Notes: generated by a model not told the origin, from the letters alone. Shown: positions 51,277-61,961, numbered from the stretch's first letter. The stretch is DNA of 64,000 nucleotides from an uncultured Spirochaetota bacterium (GCA_963734545.1 CAVTHO010000001.1:1-64000), one strand, 5' to 3'. Made by a program: numbers and translations.

Positions 51277-52625
51277 TCATCCCGCCCCGGCCGGCCGCAC
51301 ATTCCACGTCGAAAGCCTCGGGTGCGCCAAGAACCAGGTGGATTCCGAGCTCATGATCGCGGCCCTGCAGAAGGCGGGGTGGGAGCGCGCGAGCGGGCCC
51401 GGGGCGGCGGACGTGCTCATCGTCAATACGTGCGGATTCATCACGGACGCAAAGACCGAATCCATAGAGACGAGTCTCGCCCTCAAGGCACGGCACCCCG
51501 ACAAGAAGGTGGTCATGGCCGGGTGCCTCTCCGAGCGCTACCGGGAGGTCCTTGCGCGGGAGCTGCCCGAGATCGACGGCTTCCTGGGAAACAGGGATCC
51601 CGCTGATATCGTGGAGCTGCTGGAAGGCCGGGGGCCGCTTCCCGTCCGTCCCGCCGACTCCGCCGTCGCCTTTCCCGCTGTCCCCGCGGAAGTCCCGCGG
51701 TCCTACGAGCGCCCCCACCTGCTCTCGTTCCCCGGCAGCGCGTACGTGAAGATTGCCGAGGGCTGCGCGAACCGCTGCACCTACTGCGCCATCCCGCTCA
51801 TCCGGGGCGCGCTCGCGAGCCGGGACAGGGGTGAGATCCTGGCAGAGATACGCGGCCTTCGGGACCGCGGGATACGGGAGCTCATCCTCATTGCGCAGGA
51901 TCTCGGCTCCTACGGGAAAGACCGCGGCGGGACCGGGCTCGTGCCGCTTCTTTCCGACATCGCCTCCCTGGAGGGCGATTTCTGGGTCCGGCTCCTGTAC
52001 ATCCATCCCGATCACTTCCCCGAGGACCTGCTCGACCTCGTCGCCGCCGATGCGCGGTTTCTCCCCTATTTCGACCTTCCCTTCCAGCACGCGGCGCCCG
52101 GGATTCTGCGCGCAATGGGAAGGCGCGGGGAGCCCGCGCGCAACCTCGCGCTCGTGTCCGAGATACGCGCGCGTTTGCCGCTGGCCGCCATCCGCTCCAC
52201 GTTCCTCCTCGGTTTTCCAGGGGAATCGGAGGAGGATTTCGCGCAGCTCCTCGACTTTCAGGACAAGGCGCGCCTGGACTGGGTGGGCGCGTTCACCTAC
52301 TCACGGGAAGAGGACACCCCCGCCTGGTCCATGCCGGGAAAAGTGGCGAAAGCCGCGGCGGCGCGGCGCAAGGCGGAGCTGGAGACCCGGCAGGTCCCGA
52401 TCACTCAAGCGGCCCTCGACGCGCGCGTGGGCACGACGCTGGATGTGCTCGTGGAGGAAGAAGTGGCAGGGAGAGGACATGTCCATCGGCAGGGGCTATC
52501 TTCAGGCCCCGGATGTGGACGGTCTCGTGGTGCTGATGCGCCGGCTTTCCCCGGGCACGGTCACCCGCGCGCGCATCACCCGAAGGAACGGCTTCGACCT
52601 GGAGGCGGAGATTGCCGCAGGATAG
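51248..52625 (+). CDS. rimO: Ribosomal protein S12 methylthiotransferase (frameshift near 52470)
   Basis: LGCAKNQVDSE, NTCGFI, CANRCTYC, APDVDG. Confidence 0.92.
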
Positions 52626-52647
52626 CCGTTCCTGGAGCGATCCGCCC

Positions 52648-54846
52648 ATGAATTCAGGGCTTGCCCCCTATTTCGAGATCCTCAATTCCGAGCAGAGAAA
52701 GGCCGTCGTGCATCAGGGCTCCCCCCTGCTCATCCTGGCCGGGGCAGGGTCCGGCAAGACGCGCGTGATCACCACCAAGATCGCGTACCTTGTGGACCGC
52801 ATGGGCATGAGCCCGCGGTCGATCCTCGCGGTCACCTTCACCAACAAGGCCGCGGGAGAGATGCGGGAGCGCGTGCTGGCCATCGTGCCCCACGCGCAGG
52901 ACGTCATGGTGCGGACGTTCCATTCCTTCGGCGCGTGGTTCCTGAGACGCAATGCGGGCATTGCCGGTCTGGACCCGCGGTTCCATATCTACGACGAGGA
53001 CGATTCGGTGACGCTCCTCAAGACGATCCTGGGAAAGAACGAGGACAGGGGCTTCCTGCGAAGAACGTACGAGGAGATCAGCAGGGTCAAGGACCTGGGA
53101 ATCGGCGCGGACGCGACGCCGGATGAGATCCAGCGTGCAGGCTGCACGAGCGAGATCTACACCGCGTACGACAAGGCGCTGCGCAAGACGGGCAACGTGG
53201 ACTTCGGAGACCTGATCCTCCTCCCCCTGCAGCTCTTGAAGAAATTTCCCGACCTGCGGGACCGGACCCGGCAGAGGTTCCGCGTGGTCCTGGTGGACGA
53301 GTACCAGGATTCGAACGTCGCCCAGTTCGAGCTTCTCCGCCAGTTGTGGAGTCCGGAGACCTACCTGTGCGTCGTGGGGGACGACGACCAGTCCATCTAC
53401 CGGTTCCGCGGCGCCGAGGTCGGCAACATCCTCTCGTTCCCCAAGGTGTTTCCGGGGACCGAAATCGTGCGGCTGGAGCGGAACTACCGGTCCACCCAGG
53501 CGATACTCGACGTGGCCACGGCAGTGGTGAGCAACAACAAGGGCAGGCTGGGGAAGACCCTCTGGACCGAGAAGACCGCCGGAGAGCCTCCCCTCGTCGT
53601 CTGCCTTCAGGACCAGGATGAGGAGGCTGAGTACTGCGGCATGCTGGTACGCGACGGCTTCCCGGGCTCGACCGCCATCCTCTACCGCATGAACGCGCAG
53701 TCCCTGCACTTCGAGAAATACTTCCGGGAAAGGGGCATCCGCTTCCGCCTGATCGGAACGGTGCGGTTCTACTCCCGGGAGGAGGTGAAGGACGCCCTGG
53801 CATACCTCTCCCTGCTGCTCAATCCCAACGACGAGGTCTCTTTCCGCCGGATCTGCAACAAGCCGGGCCGCGGCATCGGCACGGCGAGCGTGGAGAAGAT
53901 CGTTCAGAGATGGAAAGACGCCGGCGGCGGCCCGGGGGACGTCGATGCAAAATCCGCCGGGGACGTCGATGCAAAATCCGCCGGGTACGTCGATGCAGAA
54001 TCCGCCGGGTACGTCGGCGCCGGCGTCGGCGCGGGAGGCCTCCTCGATACCGGCCGCGCGGCGCCGCACCTTCCCCCTCGGGCGCGCGCGGGCCTCGCCG
54101 AGCTTGCCGCCTGCATGAAAGACCTGGCCTCCCAGCTCGAGATTGTCCCCCTGCCCGAGCTCGCGCGCGTCATGCTCTCCCGCACCGGACTCTACGAGAT
54201 GTACCGGACGCGTGATCGTTCGGACGGCACTTCCAAGACCGCCAACCTCGAGGAGATGGTGAGCGACATGGCCTCCTATGGCACGGGCGCGGATGCGCTG
54301 CCCCAGTTCCTGGAGAGCGTGGCCCTGGCGAGCCCGCTGGATACGAAAGAGGCGGAGGCGGAAGACGCCGAGGTGACGCTCATCACGCTGCACAACACGA
54401 AAGGCCTCGAGTTCGACCGGGTGATCATCACGGGGCTCGAGGAGGGGATCTTCCCTCACCAGTCCAGCGGCGAGAGCGAGGAGGACCTGGAGGAGGAGAG
54501 ACGCATATTCTACGTGGGGATCACGCGCGCCCGGGACCGCCTGGTCATGACGTGGTGCCTGAGCCGCAGGATATTCGGCCGGACGACGGACATGACGCCT
54601 TCCCGGTTCCTGGACGAGGTCCCCGCCGAGGCCGTGCAGAGAATCGGGGAGGAAAGGATCGAAGAGGCGGCGGACGACTACCCGGTGGGCGGCGGGGTCT
54701 TCCACGACGAGTACGGCCCCGGCGTTGTGGAGAGAAAATGGTATGATGACGGCGCCCTCCTGGTGCAGGTCCGGTTCCAGTCGGGGAGGGTGGCGAAGTT
54801 TCTCCCGAAGTACGCGCGGCTGGAGCGGATACATCTCGGAGAGTGA
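52648..54846 (+). CDS. UvrD/PcrA-family SF1 helicase
   Basis: AGAGSGKT, DEYQD, VGDDDQSIYRFRG, KGLEF, EEERRIFYVGITRA. Confidence 0.93.
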   Translation: MNSGLAPYFEILNSEQRKAVVHQGSPLLILAGAGSGKTRVITTKIAYLVDRMGMSPRSILAVTFTNKAAGEMRERVLAIVPHAQDVMVRTFHSFGAWFLRRNAGIAGLDPRFHIYDEDDSVTLLKTILGKNEDRGFLRRTYEEISRVKDLGIGADATPDEIQRAGCTSEIYTAYDKALRKTGNVDFGDLILLPLQLLKKFPDLRDRTRQRFRVVLVDEYQDSNVAQFELLRQLWSPETYLCVVGDDDQSIYRFRGAEVGNILSFPKVFPGTEIVRLERNYRSTQAILDVATAVVSNNKGRLGKTLWTEKTAGEPPLVVCLQDQDEEAEYCGMLVRDGFPGSTAILYRMNAQSLHFEKYFRERGIRFRLIGTVRFYSREEVKDALAYLSLLLNPNDEVSFRRICNKPGRGIGTASVEKIVQRWKDAGGGPGDVDAKSAGDVDAKSAGYVDAESAGYVGAGVGAGGLLDTGRAAPHLPPRARAGLAELAACMKDLASQLEIVPLPELARVMLSRTGLYEMYRTRDRSDGTSKTANLEEMVSDMASYGTGADALPQFLESVALASPLDTKEAEAEDAEVTLITLHNTKGLEFDRVIITGLEEGIFPHQSSGESEEDLEEERRIFYVGITRARDRLVMTWCLSRRIFGRTTDMTPSRFLDEVPAEAVQRIGEERIEEAADDYPVGGGVFHDEYGPGVVERKWYDDGALLVQVRFQSGRVAKFLPKYARLERIHLGE
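53935..54016 (+). repeat. In-frame 24-bp tandem repeat (3 copies plus partial)
   Basis: GGG(G/T)ACGTCGATGCA(A/G)AATCCGCC encoding GDVDAKSA/GYVDAESA. Confidence 0.9.
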
Positions 54847-55638
54847 AGATCGGACGGTACATGAGAGACGTGCAAGGCAGCGAGGATTTCCGCAATGTGC
54901 CCATCCAGAAGGTAGGGATCCGACAGATCCGCTACCCCATCACGGTGCGCGACAAGAGCCGGCAGAAGCAGGAGACCGTGGCCAATGTGACGCTGTCCGT
55001 GAACCTTCCCCATGCAAACCGGGGCACGCACATGAGCCGGTTCGTCGAGGTGCTCGACCGTTTCAAGGACGAGGTGAGCTACCAGAGCCTGGACCTGATC
55101 CTCATCGAGATCAAGAAGGCGCTGCAGGCGGAAGAGTCGCACATCGAGCTCGCGTTTCCCTTTTTCCTGAGGAAGAAGGCGCCGGTGTCGGGAATGGAAT
55201 CTCTCATGTCGTACGACTGCGTCATCTGCGGCCACGTACGCGCGCCATCTGGAAATCGCCACGCGGGTGGACGTTCCCGTGCACACTCTCTGTCCGTGCT
55301 CGAAGGAGATCTCGACGATTTCCGCGCACAACCAGCGGGGAATGGTGGCGATCACCGTGGGCATGACCAAGTTCATATGGATCGAGGACATCATCCAGAT
55401 CGCGGAAGATTCCGCCTCCAGCCCCCTGTATGCGCTGCTGAAGAGGGAGGACGAGAAATACATCACCGAGCACGCCTATGACAATCCCCGGTTCGTCGAG
55501 GACGTGGTGCGGGAGGTCGCGCTGCGCCTCCAGGCGCTCCCCGGCCTGCGGTTCCACTCGATCGAGGTGGAAAACTTCGAATCCATCCACAATCACAGCG
55601 CGTATGCCGTCATATCCAAGAGGTTCGATGCTGAATAG
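54843..55638 (+). CDS. folE2: GTP cyclohydrolase FolE2 (frameshift near 55240)
   Basis: [41 protein letters not shown]. Confidence 0.9.
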
Positions 55639-56499
55639 TCCCTCGCCGCCGATCCGGCGGCGGCAAATCCGCCGAGTACGTCGGAGGCAATTCCCCGGAT
55701 CCGCAGGGCCCGGGGCTTCCGGCTCTACGACGTGCAGGGGAAGAGGTATCTCGATCTCTCCCGTGACGGGGCTTTGCTCGGACATCGCGGCACCTCGACG
55801 CTCACGGCAATGAAGTCCGTCCTGTCACAGGGGCTGGCAACCGCGCTGCCGACGGCGTGGGAGGCACGGCTGACTGCCGCGCTCCTCCGCCTGTTCCCCG
55901 CAAGCCGCTGCGTGCGTCTCTACTCCTCCCGGGACCGGGCGCTGGAGGCGGTTTCCCAGTATCTTGGAAAGAGGATCGACGGGCGGGAGGTCCATGACCC
56001 TGCGCTCGATTCCCCGGCCCAGGATCCGTCCCTGCCGGCGCTCTGGCGGCCTTTTCTTCCCGTCCCCAAGGGCACCGCCGCCCTCCTGCCCGTGCTGCCG
56101 TTCACGCTGTGCGGCGCGCCCGCGCCTGCCTGCTTCCCGAAAGAGCTGCCCGCTGACCTGGTCCGCTCGGACCCTCTCCCGGGGTTCCTGCTCGCAGGGG
56201 CGCTCCACGGCCTGAGCGCGCTCAGGGAAGTTTCTTCGGCCCGCGCGCGGCAGCAGCCGCGGCTGGGCAGCCCGGCCGTGGAGCGCGCGCTGGACGCCGC
56301 CCGCGGATGGAAGCGGACAGGTCCTTACGTGCGCGCCGTCTTTCCCGCAGCGGAATACGCCCGGGTCCACGCGGAGTTCCTGGCCGCGGGCGTGCTGCTC
56401 TGCACGGCCTATCCCGGGCCGAGCGTGCTTCCCGGGGAATGCTCCCCGGGGGAGACAAGGCTCCTGGCGGACCTCTTCGCCCGGATCCCCGGAGGTTGA
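55628..56499 (+). CDS. Hypothetical protein with class-III aminotransferase-like N-terminus (frameshift near start)
   Basis: [20 protein letters not shown]...LLGH. Confidence 0.65.
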
Positions 56500-56501
56500 A
56501 A

Positions 56502-56801
56502 ATGGATATCGCCGCGTTCTCCCAGACCATGTCGCACCTCGTCCTGGGCGCCTTTGCCACGTTCTGCGCAATCCTCCTGTGGTCGCGCACGAGAGACATG
56601 GCCTGGACATTCGTCATCATCGGCGCGATCGTTTCCTACGCGGACATCGCGCTCGCCACGCTGCGGAGCTTCGGCATCCTGGGCGAGGACCTCGTGCGCT
56701 ACCAGGGAATCCCCGTGCTGCAGATCGCACTCTCCAATATTCCCCTGATTTTCCTCGGGATAGGGTTCCTGATCGCCGCCTCCCGAAGGGGACGCCCGTG
56801 A
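56502..56801 (+). CDS. Small 3-TM membrane protein
   Basis: GGAGG RBS; hydrophobic segments; GTGA overlap with the next gene. Confidence 0.75.
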   Translation: MDIAAFSQTMSHLVLGAFATFCAILLWSRTRDMAWTFVIIGAIVSYADIALATLRSFGILGEDLVRYQGIPVLQIALSNIPLIFLGIGFLIAASRRGRP

Positions 56802-58303
56802 CCGTGACGCCCATCCACGTGATCCCCGCGCGAGACGAGGCCAACATCGAGCAGAAGCTCGTCACCCTGCTGCTTGCCGCCGTGCAGGAGAAGCCCGACC
56901 TCATTTTTTCCGTCTTTGCGGGGACACCGGCATTCGGCGTCTATCGTCTCCTGGTCGAGCGCGCCCGCTCGGAGCTGGTGGATTTTTCCAAGGTCCGATT
57001 CGTCGTTTTCGATGAGCTGATTCGCGAGCATGCCGGTTCCCTCGAGGGGCCCGTCGCAGCCCCGTTCCGCGCGGTGCTGGACGAGAGATTGTTCCGGCCG
57101 CTGGCCATCCTGCCGGAGAACATCATCTCCTTCAATCCGGCCAGGGACCGGGGAGGCGAAATTGCGCGCATTGCGAGCCTGCTCACGGTGGCGGGCATCG
57201 ACATCGCGCTGCTCTCGGTCGATTCACGGGGGCACATCGGTTTTCACGTCTCCGGTTCAGACCTGGAGTCAGCCGCCGGCATCGTGCCCGTTGCCAACCG
57301 CGAGCGGTGGGGCGCCGCGGAGGCGTTCTCCCTCGGGCTCGCCGTCCTGGCAAAAGCCTCGCGGATTCTCCTCTTTGCCGCGGGACGCAACCTTGCGGAG
57401 ATCGTGCAGAGGCTCACCGAGGGGAGCTTCGATCCCACGATCCCCATCTCCGTTCTGCAGAGGCACGGAAACGTCACCCTGGTCGCGGACGGGGGCGCCC
57501 TCTCACGCATCGAAAAGGCGGAGCGCATCAGCGGCTACTACTCGGGGTTCTTCATCATGGACGCCGAGTCGGCGCCCTCCGGCCGGAAGGCACTGGTGAT
57601 CTCCCCGCACCCCGATGACGCGCCCATCAGCCTCGGCGGCACGATGGCGATGCTCAGCCAGTCCAACAGGGTTGTCACTGCCGTGATGAGCACCGGTCAT
57701 CGTTCCTTCATCTACGGAACACAGCGCGGGGAGCGTATTGCCATCCGCGAAGCGGAGGTGACGAAGGAATCCCGTCTCCTGGGCGCGGAGCCGCGGTTCC
57801 TCCGGCTTCCCTTCTATGACAACGGCTACGAGGTGGGCGTGCGCGACCGGGAGATTCTCGCGAAGCTTCTCCTGGAGCTCGACCCTGACTGGGTCTTCGT
57901 GCCCCATGCCCGGGACACCCATCCCGCGCACATCGCCAGCCGCGCGATGGCGCTCGACTCCATTCGACAGTTTCTGGCAGGGACGAAGAAGACCGTGGAG
58001 GTCTGGAATTACGAGGGGCCCTGGGCGTTGTTCAACAGGGGGGAGTTCAACACCATCGTGACGGTGCCGCGCATCGCCTTCGAGCGCAAGCTTCAAGCCA
58101 TCCGCGCGCACGAGTCCCAGGTGGCGCGTACTCCCTACGACGTTGCCGCGGAGGCCCTTGCGCGGCTTCGCTCCGCGCTCGTGCCCGAGTCCGAGCTGGC
58201 GGGGTTCGGCGCCCGGCCGCCGCGGCTGGACGCCTGGATGGAGCTGTTCCACCGGGAGACATTCCGCGGTGATCAGCCGGCGCCCCTGCGCGGCGGGGAT
58301 TGA
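56798..58303 (+). CDS. NagB-like sugar-phosphate deaminase domain fused to PIG-L deacetylase
   Basis: AGTP, FDE, GHIGF, SVLQRH; then SPHPDD, HPAH, AHESQ. Confidence 0.82.
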   Translation: MTVTPIHVIPARDEANIEQKLVTLLLAAVQEKPDLIFSVFAGTPAFGVYRLLVERARSELVDFSKVRFVVFDELIREHAGSLEGPVAAPFRAVLDERLFRPLAILPENIISFNPARDRGGEIARIASLLTVAGIDIALLSVDSRGHIGFHVSGSDLESAAGIVPVANRERWGAAEAFSLGLAVLAKASRILLFAAGRNLAEIVQRLTEGSFDPTIPISVLQRHGNVTLVADGGALSRIEKAERISGYYSGFFIMDAESAPSGRKALVISPHPDDAPISLGGTMAMLSQSNRVVTAVMSTGHRSFIYGTQRGERIAIREAEVTKESRLLGAEPRFLRLPFYDNGYEVGVRDREILAKLLLELDPDWVFVPHARDTHPAHIASRAMALDSIRQFLAGTKKTVEVWNYEGPWALFNRGEFNTIVTVPRIAFERKLQAIRAHESQVARTPYDVAAEALARLRSALVPESELAGFGARPPRLDAWMELFHRETFRGDQPAPLRGGD

Positions 58304-58325
58304 TCAGCGGTACCGGGCACGGTGC

Positions 58326-58355
58326 AAAAAAAAGCCCGGTGAAGACCGGGCTTTT
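58326..58355. terminator. Bidirectional rho-independent terminator
   Basis: A8-GCCCGGT-gaag-ACCGGGC-T4 between convergent genes. Confidence 0.8.
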
Positions 58356-58374
58356 CGTCGAAGCGGCTTCGAGC

Positions 58375-58560
58375 CTACTCGATAAGGATGGCTTCCGCAG
58401 GACAATCGGTTGCAGCGTCTCTCACAGCGGTTTCGAGATTTGCGGGAACGAGGGGGTTGATGACCTCTGCCGTGTCCTTCCCCATCTTGAAGACCTGGGG
58501 AACACCGTCCGTGCAAAGTCCGCAGGCGGTGCAGAGATCAGGGTCTATCCTCACCTTCAT
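58375..58560 (-). CDS. Monocluster ferredoxin
   Basis: CTACGLC...CPAEAI; GGAG RBS. Confidence 0.92.
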   Translation of the reverse strand: MKVRIDPDLCTACGLCTDGVPQVFKMGKDTAEVINPLVPANLETAVRDAATDCPAEAILIE

Positions 58561-58664
58561 CGGCAGCTCCTTTCATGTTGGAATTGCCCTATGGTAGCTC
58601 AGTTTGCCCGATATTTCAACCACATGAAGGGCGCCTTCCATGGCTACAGGCTCGCTTTCGGCCA

Positions 58665-58739
58665 TCCAACTCCGCGGGGTACCGCGGAAGGGCCTCGCTC
58701 GCCCTCGCCTTCCAACTCCGCGGGGTACCGCGGAAGGGC
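58665..58739. repeat. Two identical 29-bp palindromic REP-like units (period 46)
   Basis: TCCAACTCCGCGGGGTACCGCGGAAGGGC at 58665 and 58711. Confidence 0.85.
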
Positions 58740-58744
58740 TACGC

Positions 58745-58772
58745 TTGACAGTTTCACCATTTTCGCTATTCT
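58745..58772 (+). promoter_or_regulatory. Sigma70 promoter
   Basis: TTGACA-16-TATTCT. Confidence 0.55.
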
Positions 58773-58811
58773 TTGCAAAGAATCTGACAGAGGGGTATTG
58801 GAGGCATCGCG

Positions 58812-59066
58812 ATGATAGCTCTGACGATCGGCATCGTCCTCATTCTCTTCGCAGTATATGCAGTTCTTCCCGTGTCATGGAGCCTCCAATGGTGGCAGGA
58901 GGTTGTTCAGTTCCTGAAAGGGGCGGTCCCGATCCTCGCCGTCTTCATCGGCCTGATCGCTTTCTTCGTCGGCGTTGCGGACATCAAGGACAAGAGGGAG
59001 GCCAGGAAAGAGGAAGAGGAGGAGAAAGCGGAGAAGAAGGCGGAGCCGGGCAAGGGGACTACTTGA
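58812..59066 (+). CDS. Small membrane protein upstream of rplM
   Basis: Two TM segments, charged tail, GGAGG RBS. Confidence 0.8.
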   Translation: MIALTIGIVLILFAVYAVLPVSWSLQWWQEVVQFLKGAVPILAVFIGLIAFFVGVADIKDKREARKEEEEEKAEKKAEPGKGTT

Positions 59067-59143
59067 CACTCTCCCGCCTGACGTGCAAACCTACCCTTCC
59101 TGCGGCCGTTGCGCCGCATTTTCCACGGAAGGGTTGAGAAACG

Positions 59144-59575
59144 ATGAAAACGATATTCGTAAAACCCGCCGACGTCGAGCATAAATGGTACCTGATCGAC
59201 GCGGAGGGAAAAGTTCTCGGCAGGCTCGCTTCGCGCGTCGTGGCGATCCTTCGCGGGAAGAACAAGCCGGAGTTCACCCCTCACTGGGACCTCGGTGACT
59301 CCGTGGTCATCATCAATGCGGACAAGATCCGCGTGACGGGGCGCAAGCCCGCGCAGAAGATGTACTACCGGCACTCGCGCTACCCGGGCGGCTTTCGCGC
59401 CGAGCCCTTCGAGAAGGTGTTCGCCCGCAAGCCCGCGTGGCCGCTGGAAAGGGCCATCGAAGGCATGCTTCCCAAGGGCCCCCTGGGCCGCAAGATCTTC
59501 AAGCGGCTGAAGGTGTACGCCGGGCCCGAGCATCCGCACGCGGCACAGAAGCCCGTCAAGCTCGAGATTTCCTGA
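59144..59575 (+). CDS. rplM: 50S ribosomal protein L13
   Basis: [27 protein letters not shown]. Confidence 0.97.
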   Translation: MKTIFVKPADVEHKWYLIDAEGKVLGRLASRVVAILRGKNKPEFTPHWDLGDSVVIINADKIRVTGRKPAQKMYYRHSRYPGGFRAEPFEKVFARKPAWPLERAIEGMLPKGPLGRKIFKRLKVYAGPEHPHAAQKPVKLEIS

Positions 59576-59592
59576 GAAACGAGGAGAAGACC

Positions 59593-59985
59593 TTGGTCAA
59601 GAATCTTTCGGTTGCGACCGGAAAGCGCAAGACGTCGATTGCCCGTGTTTTCCTCCGCGACGGCGCGGGGAAGATCTCGGTGAACGGCAAGAGCGTGGAA
59701 GAGTATTTCGCGGGGTTGACCACGGCGCAGAGCGTCCGGAGCCCCCTGGACGTGACGAACAGCACTGGCAAGTTCGACGTCCTCATCACGGTGAAGGGCG
59801 GCGGTGTGTCCTCGCAGATCGAGGCCTGTCGGCACGGCATTGCCCGGGCCCTGAACACCTACGACGCATCCAACCACATGGCGCTTCGCGCCAACGGATT
59901 CCTCACGCGTGACTCGCGGATGGTGGAAAGGAAGAAGTACGGACAGGCCGGTGCACGGAGAAGGTTCCAGTTCTCCAAGCGCTGA
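59593..59985 (+). CDS. rpsI: 30S ribosomal protein S9
   Basis: TGKRKTSIARV, VERKKYG, QFSKR*. Confidence 0.97.
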   Translation: MVKNLSVATGKRKTSIARVFLRDGAGKISVNGKSVEEYFAGLTTAQSVRSPLDVTNSTGKFDVLITVKGGGVSSQIEACRHGIARALNTYDASNHMALRANGFLTRDSRMVERKKYGQAGARRRFQFSKR

Positions 59986-60622
59986 TGCAGCGCCGTCTTC
60001 CGACGGCCTGACAGTCATTTCCGTCGAGCTCAAGGGAGCCACCGGAGAGGCGGTTCGCATCCACCTCTCCGATGGCTCTTTCTTTATCCTGCACGCCGAG
60101 GTTTTTGCGCGGGAGGCCATTTCCGCGGGCACGCCCCTGGACCCGGAGAAAGTGGCCGCGCTCCTGTCCCGGTCCGAACGCGTATTCGCGCGGCTGCGCG
60201 CCCTCTCCCTTCTTTCGCGCGCGGCGCACAGCCGGAAAGGGCTCGAGCGGAAGCTCGCCTCGCGCGGATTCGGCGCCGAGGCAATACGGGACGCCATTGG
60301 CCGCGTGAGCGAGCTGGGGTACCTGGACGACAGGACGTTCGCGGAAGGCTGGGTGCGCTCACGCATGTCGGCGGGGAAGACAGGATGGAACGCGCTCTAC
60401 AGGGGACTGCTCGCCAAGGGCGTGGCGCGCGCTATTGCCGAGGAGGTCGTGAGCGCGCTCTGCTCCCACGAGGATGAGCTCGAAAGCGCACGGCAGCTTT
60501 CGGAGGGGCTTTCGCCCGCAGCGGCCATCCGCAAGCTCGCCGGCCGCGGTTTTCGCTCCCGCACCATCGCGAAAGTGCTCAAGGAGAAGAAAGGTACAGG
60601 TCGTGGAGAAGGGGAGGATTGA
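59985..60622 (+). CDS. recX: RecX family regulator (start uncertain)
   Basis: ALSLLSRAAHSRKGLERKL, GYLDDRTFA, KLAGRGF. Confidence 0.8.
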
Positions 60623-61253
60623 AGTGGAAGCTGCGCTGCAGCACGGCCCGCGGCAGGTCGATGATCCGCGGCGCGCAGTCCAGGATCACCGAGTCCGATG
60701 ATGCCACTATGCCTTCGTAGCTTTTCAATGGATAATCGGCGCTGTGCGCGACAGAGACCTGCGTGGGGCAGGGGATCTGCCCGATATTCCGGCGGACCTC
60801 TTCGGCCATGAGACCGGAAAAAGCAATCGGCGCATCGAGGAACACGTCGATCCGGGAAGGCGCCATCATCGTCAGCTCGCCCACGATCTCCTGGAACGCA
60901 CGGGCCGTGAGCTCCGAGGAACGATAGCTGCCATGCGTTGCGGAAGAGTCCCGCAGAATCCCGTCATCCGAGATGAATACGGGAGATCCGCGAAGGTAGC
61001 TCTCCACCGTAATCAGCACATTGTACCAGTCGATGCCGAGGCTGCTGCCCGGGACATCTGCGGGGAGAACGATCTTGCTCCGCCGCGATCCGGCAATCGC
61101 CTCTGCGACGATGCCGCGGAACATGCTGTTGCGCTGCACGCGCGTCAGCCGGTGCCTGTCCCCGACGAGTTTCAACGTCGCTTTTTCCGGATAGCCTTTC
61201 TCTCTGAGGTACTTGTATTCGGCGCAGGCTTCGGAGAAGAAATTCGTTGACAT
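60579..61253 (-). CDS. DUF434 domain protein
   Basis: YLREKGYPEKATLKLVGDRHRL, IDWYNVLIT, DDGILRD, ASSDS. Confidence 0.8.
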   Translation of the reverse strand: MSTNFFSEACAEYKYLREKGYPEKATLKLVGDRHRLTRVQRNSMFRGIVAEAIAGSRRSKIVLPADVPGSSLGIDWYNVLITVESYLRGSPVFISDDGILRDSSATHGSYRSSELTARAFQEIVGELTMMAPSRIDVFLDAPIAFSGLMAEEVRRNIGQIPCPTQVSVAHSADYPLKSYEGIVASSDSVILDCAPRIIDLPRAVLQRSFHFNPPLLHDLYLSSP

Positions 61254-61325
61254 TATGGATATAATTGGTATACTGAATAGTATTGAGAATTGCCAGTGTT
61301 GCCCGACACTGTCGAAAGGATAACA

Positions 61326-61961
61326 ATGATGGGAAAGAAAGAAAAGAAGGTAAGGATATTTTCCGCGCTCGAAGTCGCTGACATCTGCGGCGTCGTCAAC
61401 CAGACCGCAATCAACTGGATAAAGAACGGATTCCTGAAAGCTTTCATGACGCCGGGCGGTCAGTACCGGGTGTACGCGGAGGATCTCTTTGCCTTTCTCT
61501 CTTCCCGCGGCATGAGGATCCCTGCCGAGCTCGCGGAGAGCCAGGAAGAGGGGCCTGACTGGGGGCGCATCCTGATCGTGGACGACGACCAGGCCATCAA
61601 CACCGCGCTGAAAAGATACCTGACGCGAAAGATGCCCAGCTCTACGATCATGCAGGCGTTCGACGGTTTCGAGGCGGGCAAGCTCATCTCGGAGGCGCGC
61701 CCGGGCGTGATCCTCCTGGACATCAGCCTGCCCGGTATCGACGGGCACAAGCTGTGCCGGCGGATCAAGGAAGACCAGGCGCTCGGCTCGCCGATCATCA
61801 TCGCCATCACGGGAATCGCGGAAGACGACGTGGAGGCGACCATCCTGGAGGAAGGCGCGGACGCGTTCTTCCGCAAGCCGTTGAACTTCGAGAAGCTGGA
61901 GGAGAAGATCGGGGAGCTCTCCACGGCGCGCGTGGCGAGGAAAGTAGCGGATGAGCGATAA
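61326..61961 (+). CDS. Response regulator with N-terminal excisionase-type HTH
   Basis: EVADICGVVNQTAINWI..TPGGQYRV; REC IVDDD, LLDISLPG. Confidence 0.88.
   Translation: MMGKKEKKVRIFSALEVADICGVVNQTAINWIKNGFLKAFMTPGGQYRVYAEDLFAFLSSRGMRIPAELAESQEEGPDWGRILIVDDDQAINTALKRYLTRKMPSSTIMQAFDGFEAGKLISEARPGVILLDISLPGIDGHKLCRRIKEDQALGSPIIIAITGIAEDDVEATILEEGADAFFRKPLNFEKLEEKIGELSTARVARKVADER

Noticed and set aside
52654-54834. 726-aa ORF antisense to the helicase
   Set aside because: Shadow ORF from high-GC codon bias
52460-55260. Programmed frameshifting in rimO and folE2
   Set aside because: No slippery heptamers seen; similar single-base indels are scattered across unrelated genes
58665-58739. CRISPR array
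   Set aside because: Only two repeats, a 17-nt spacer resembling the flanks, no cas genes or leader
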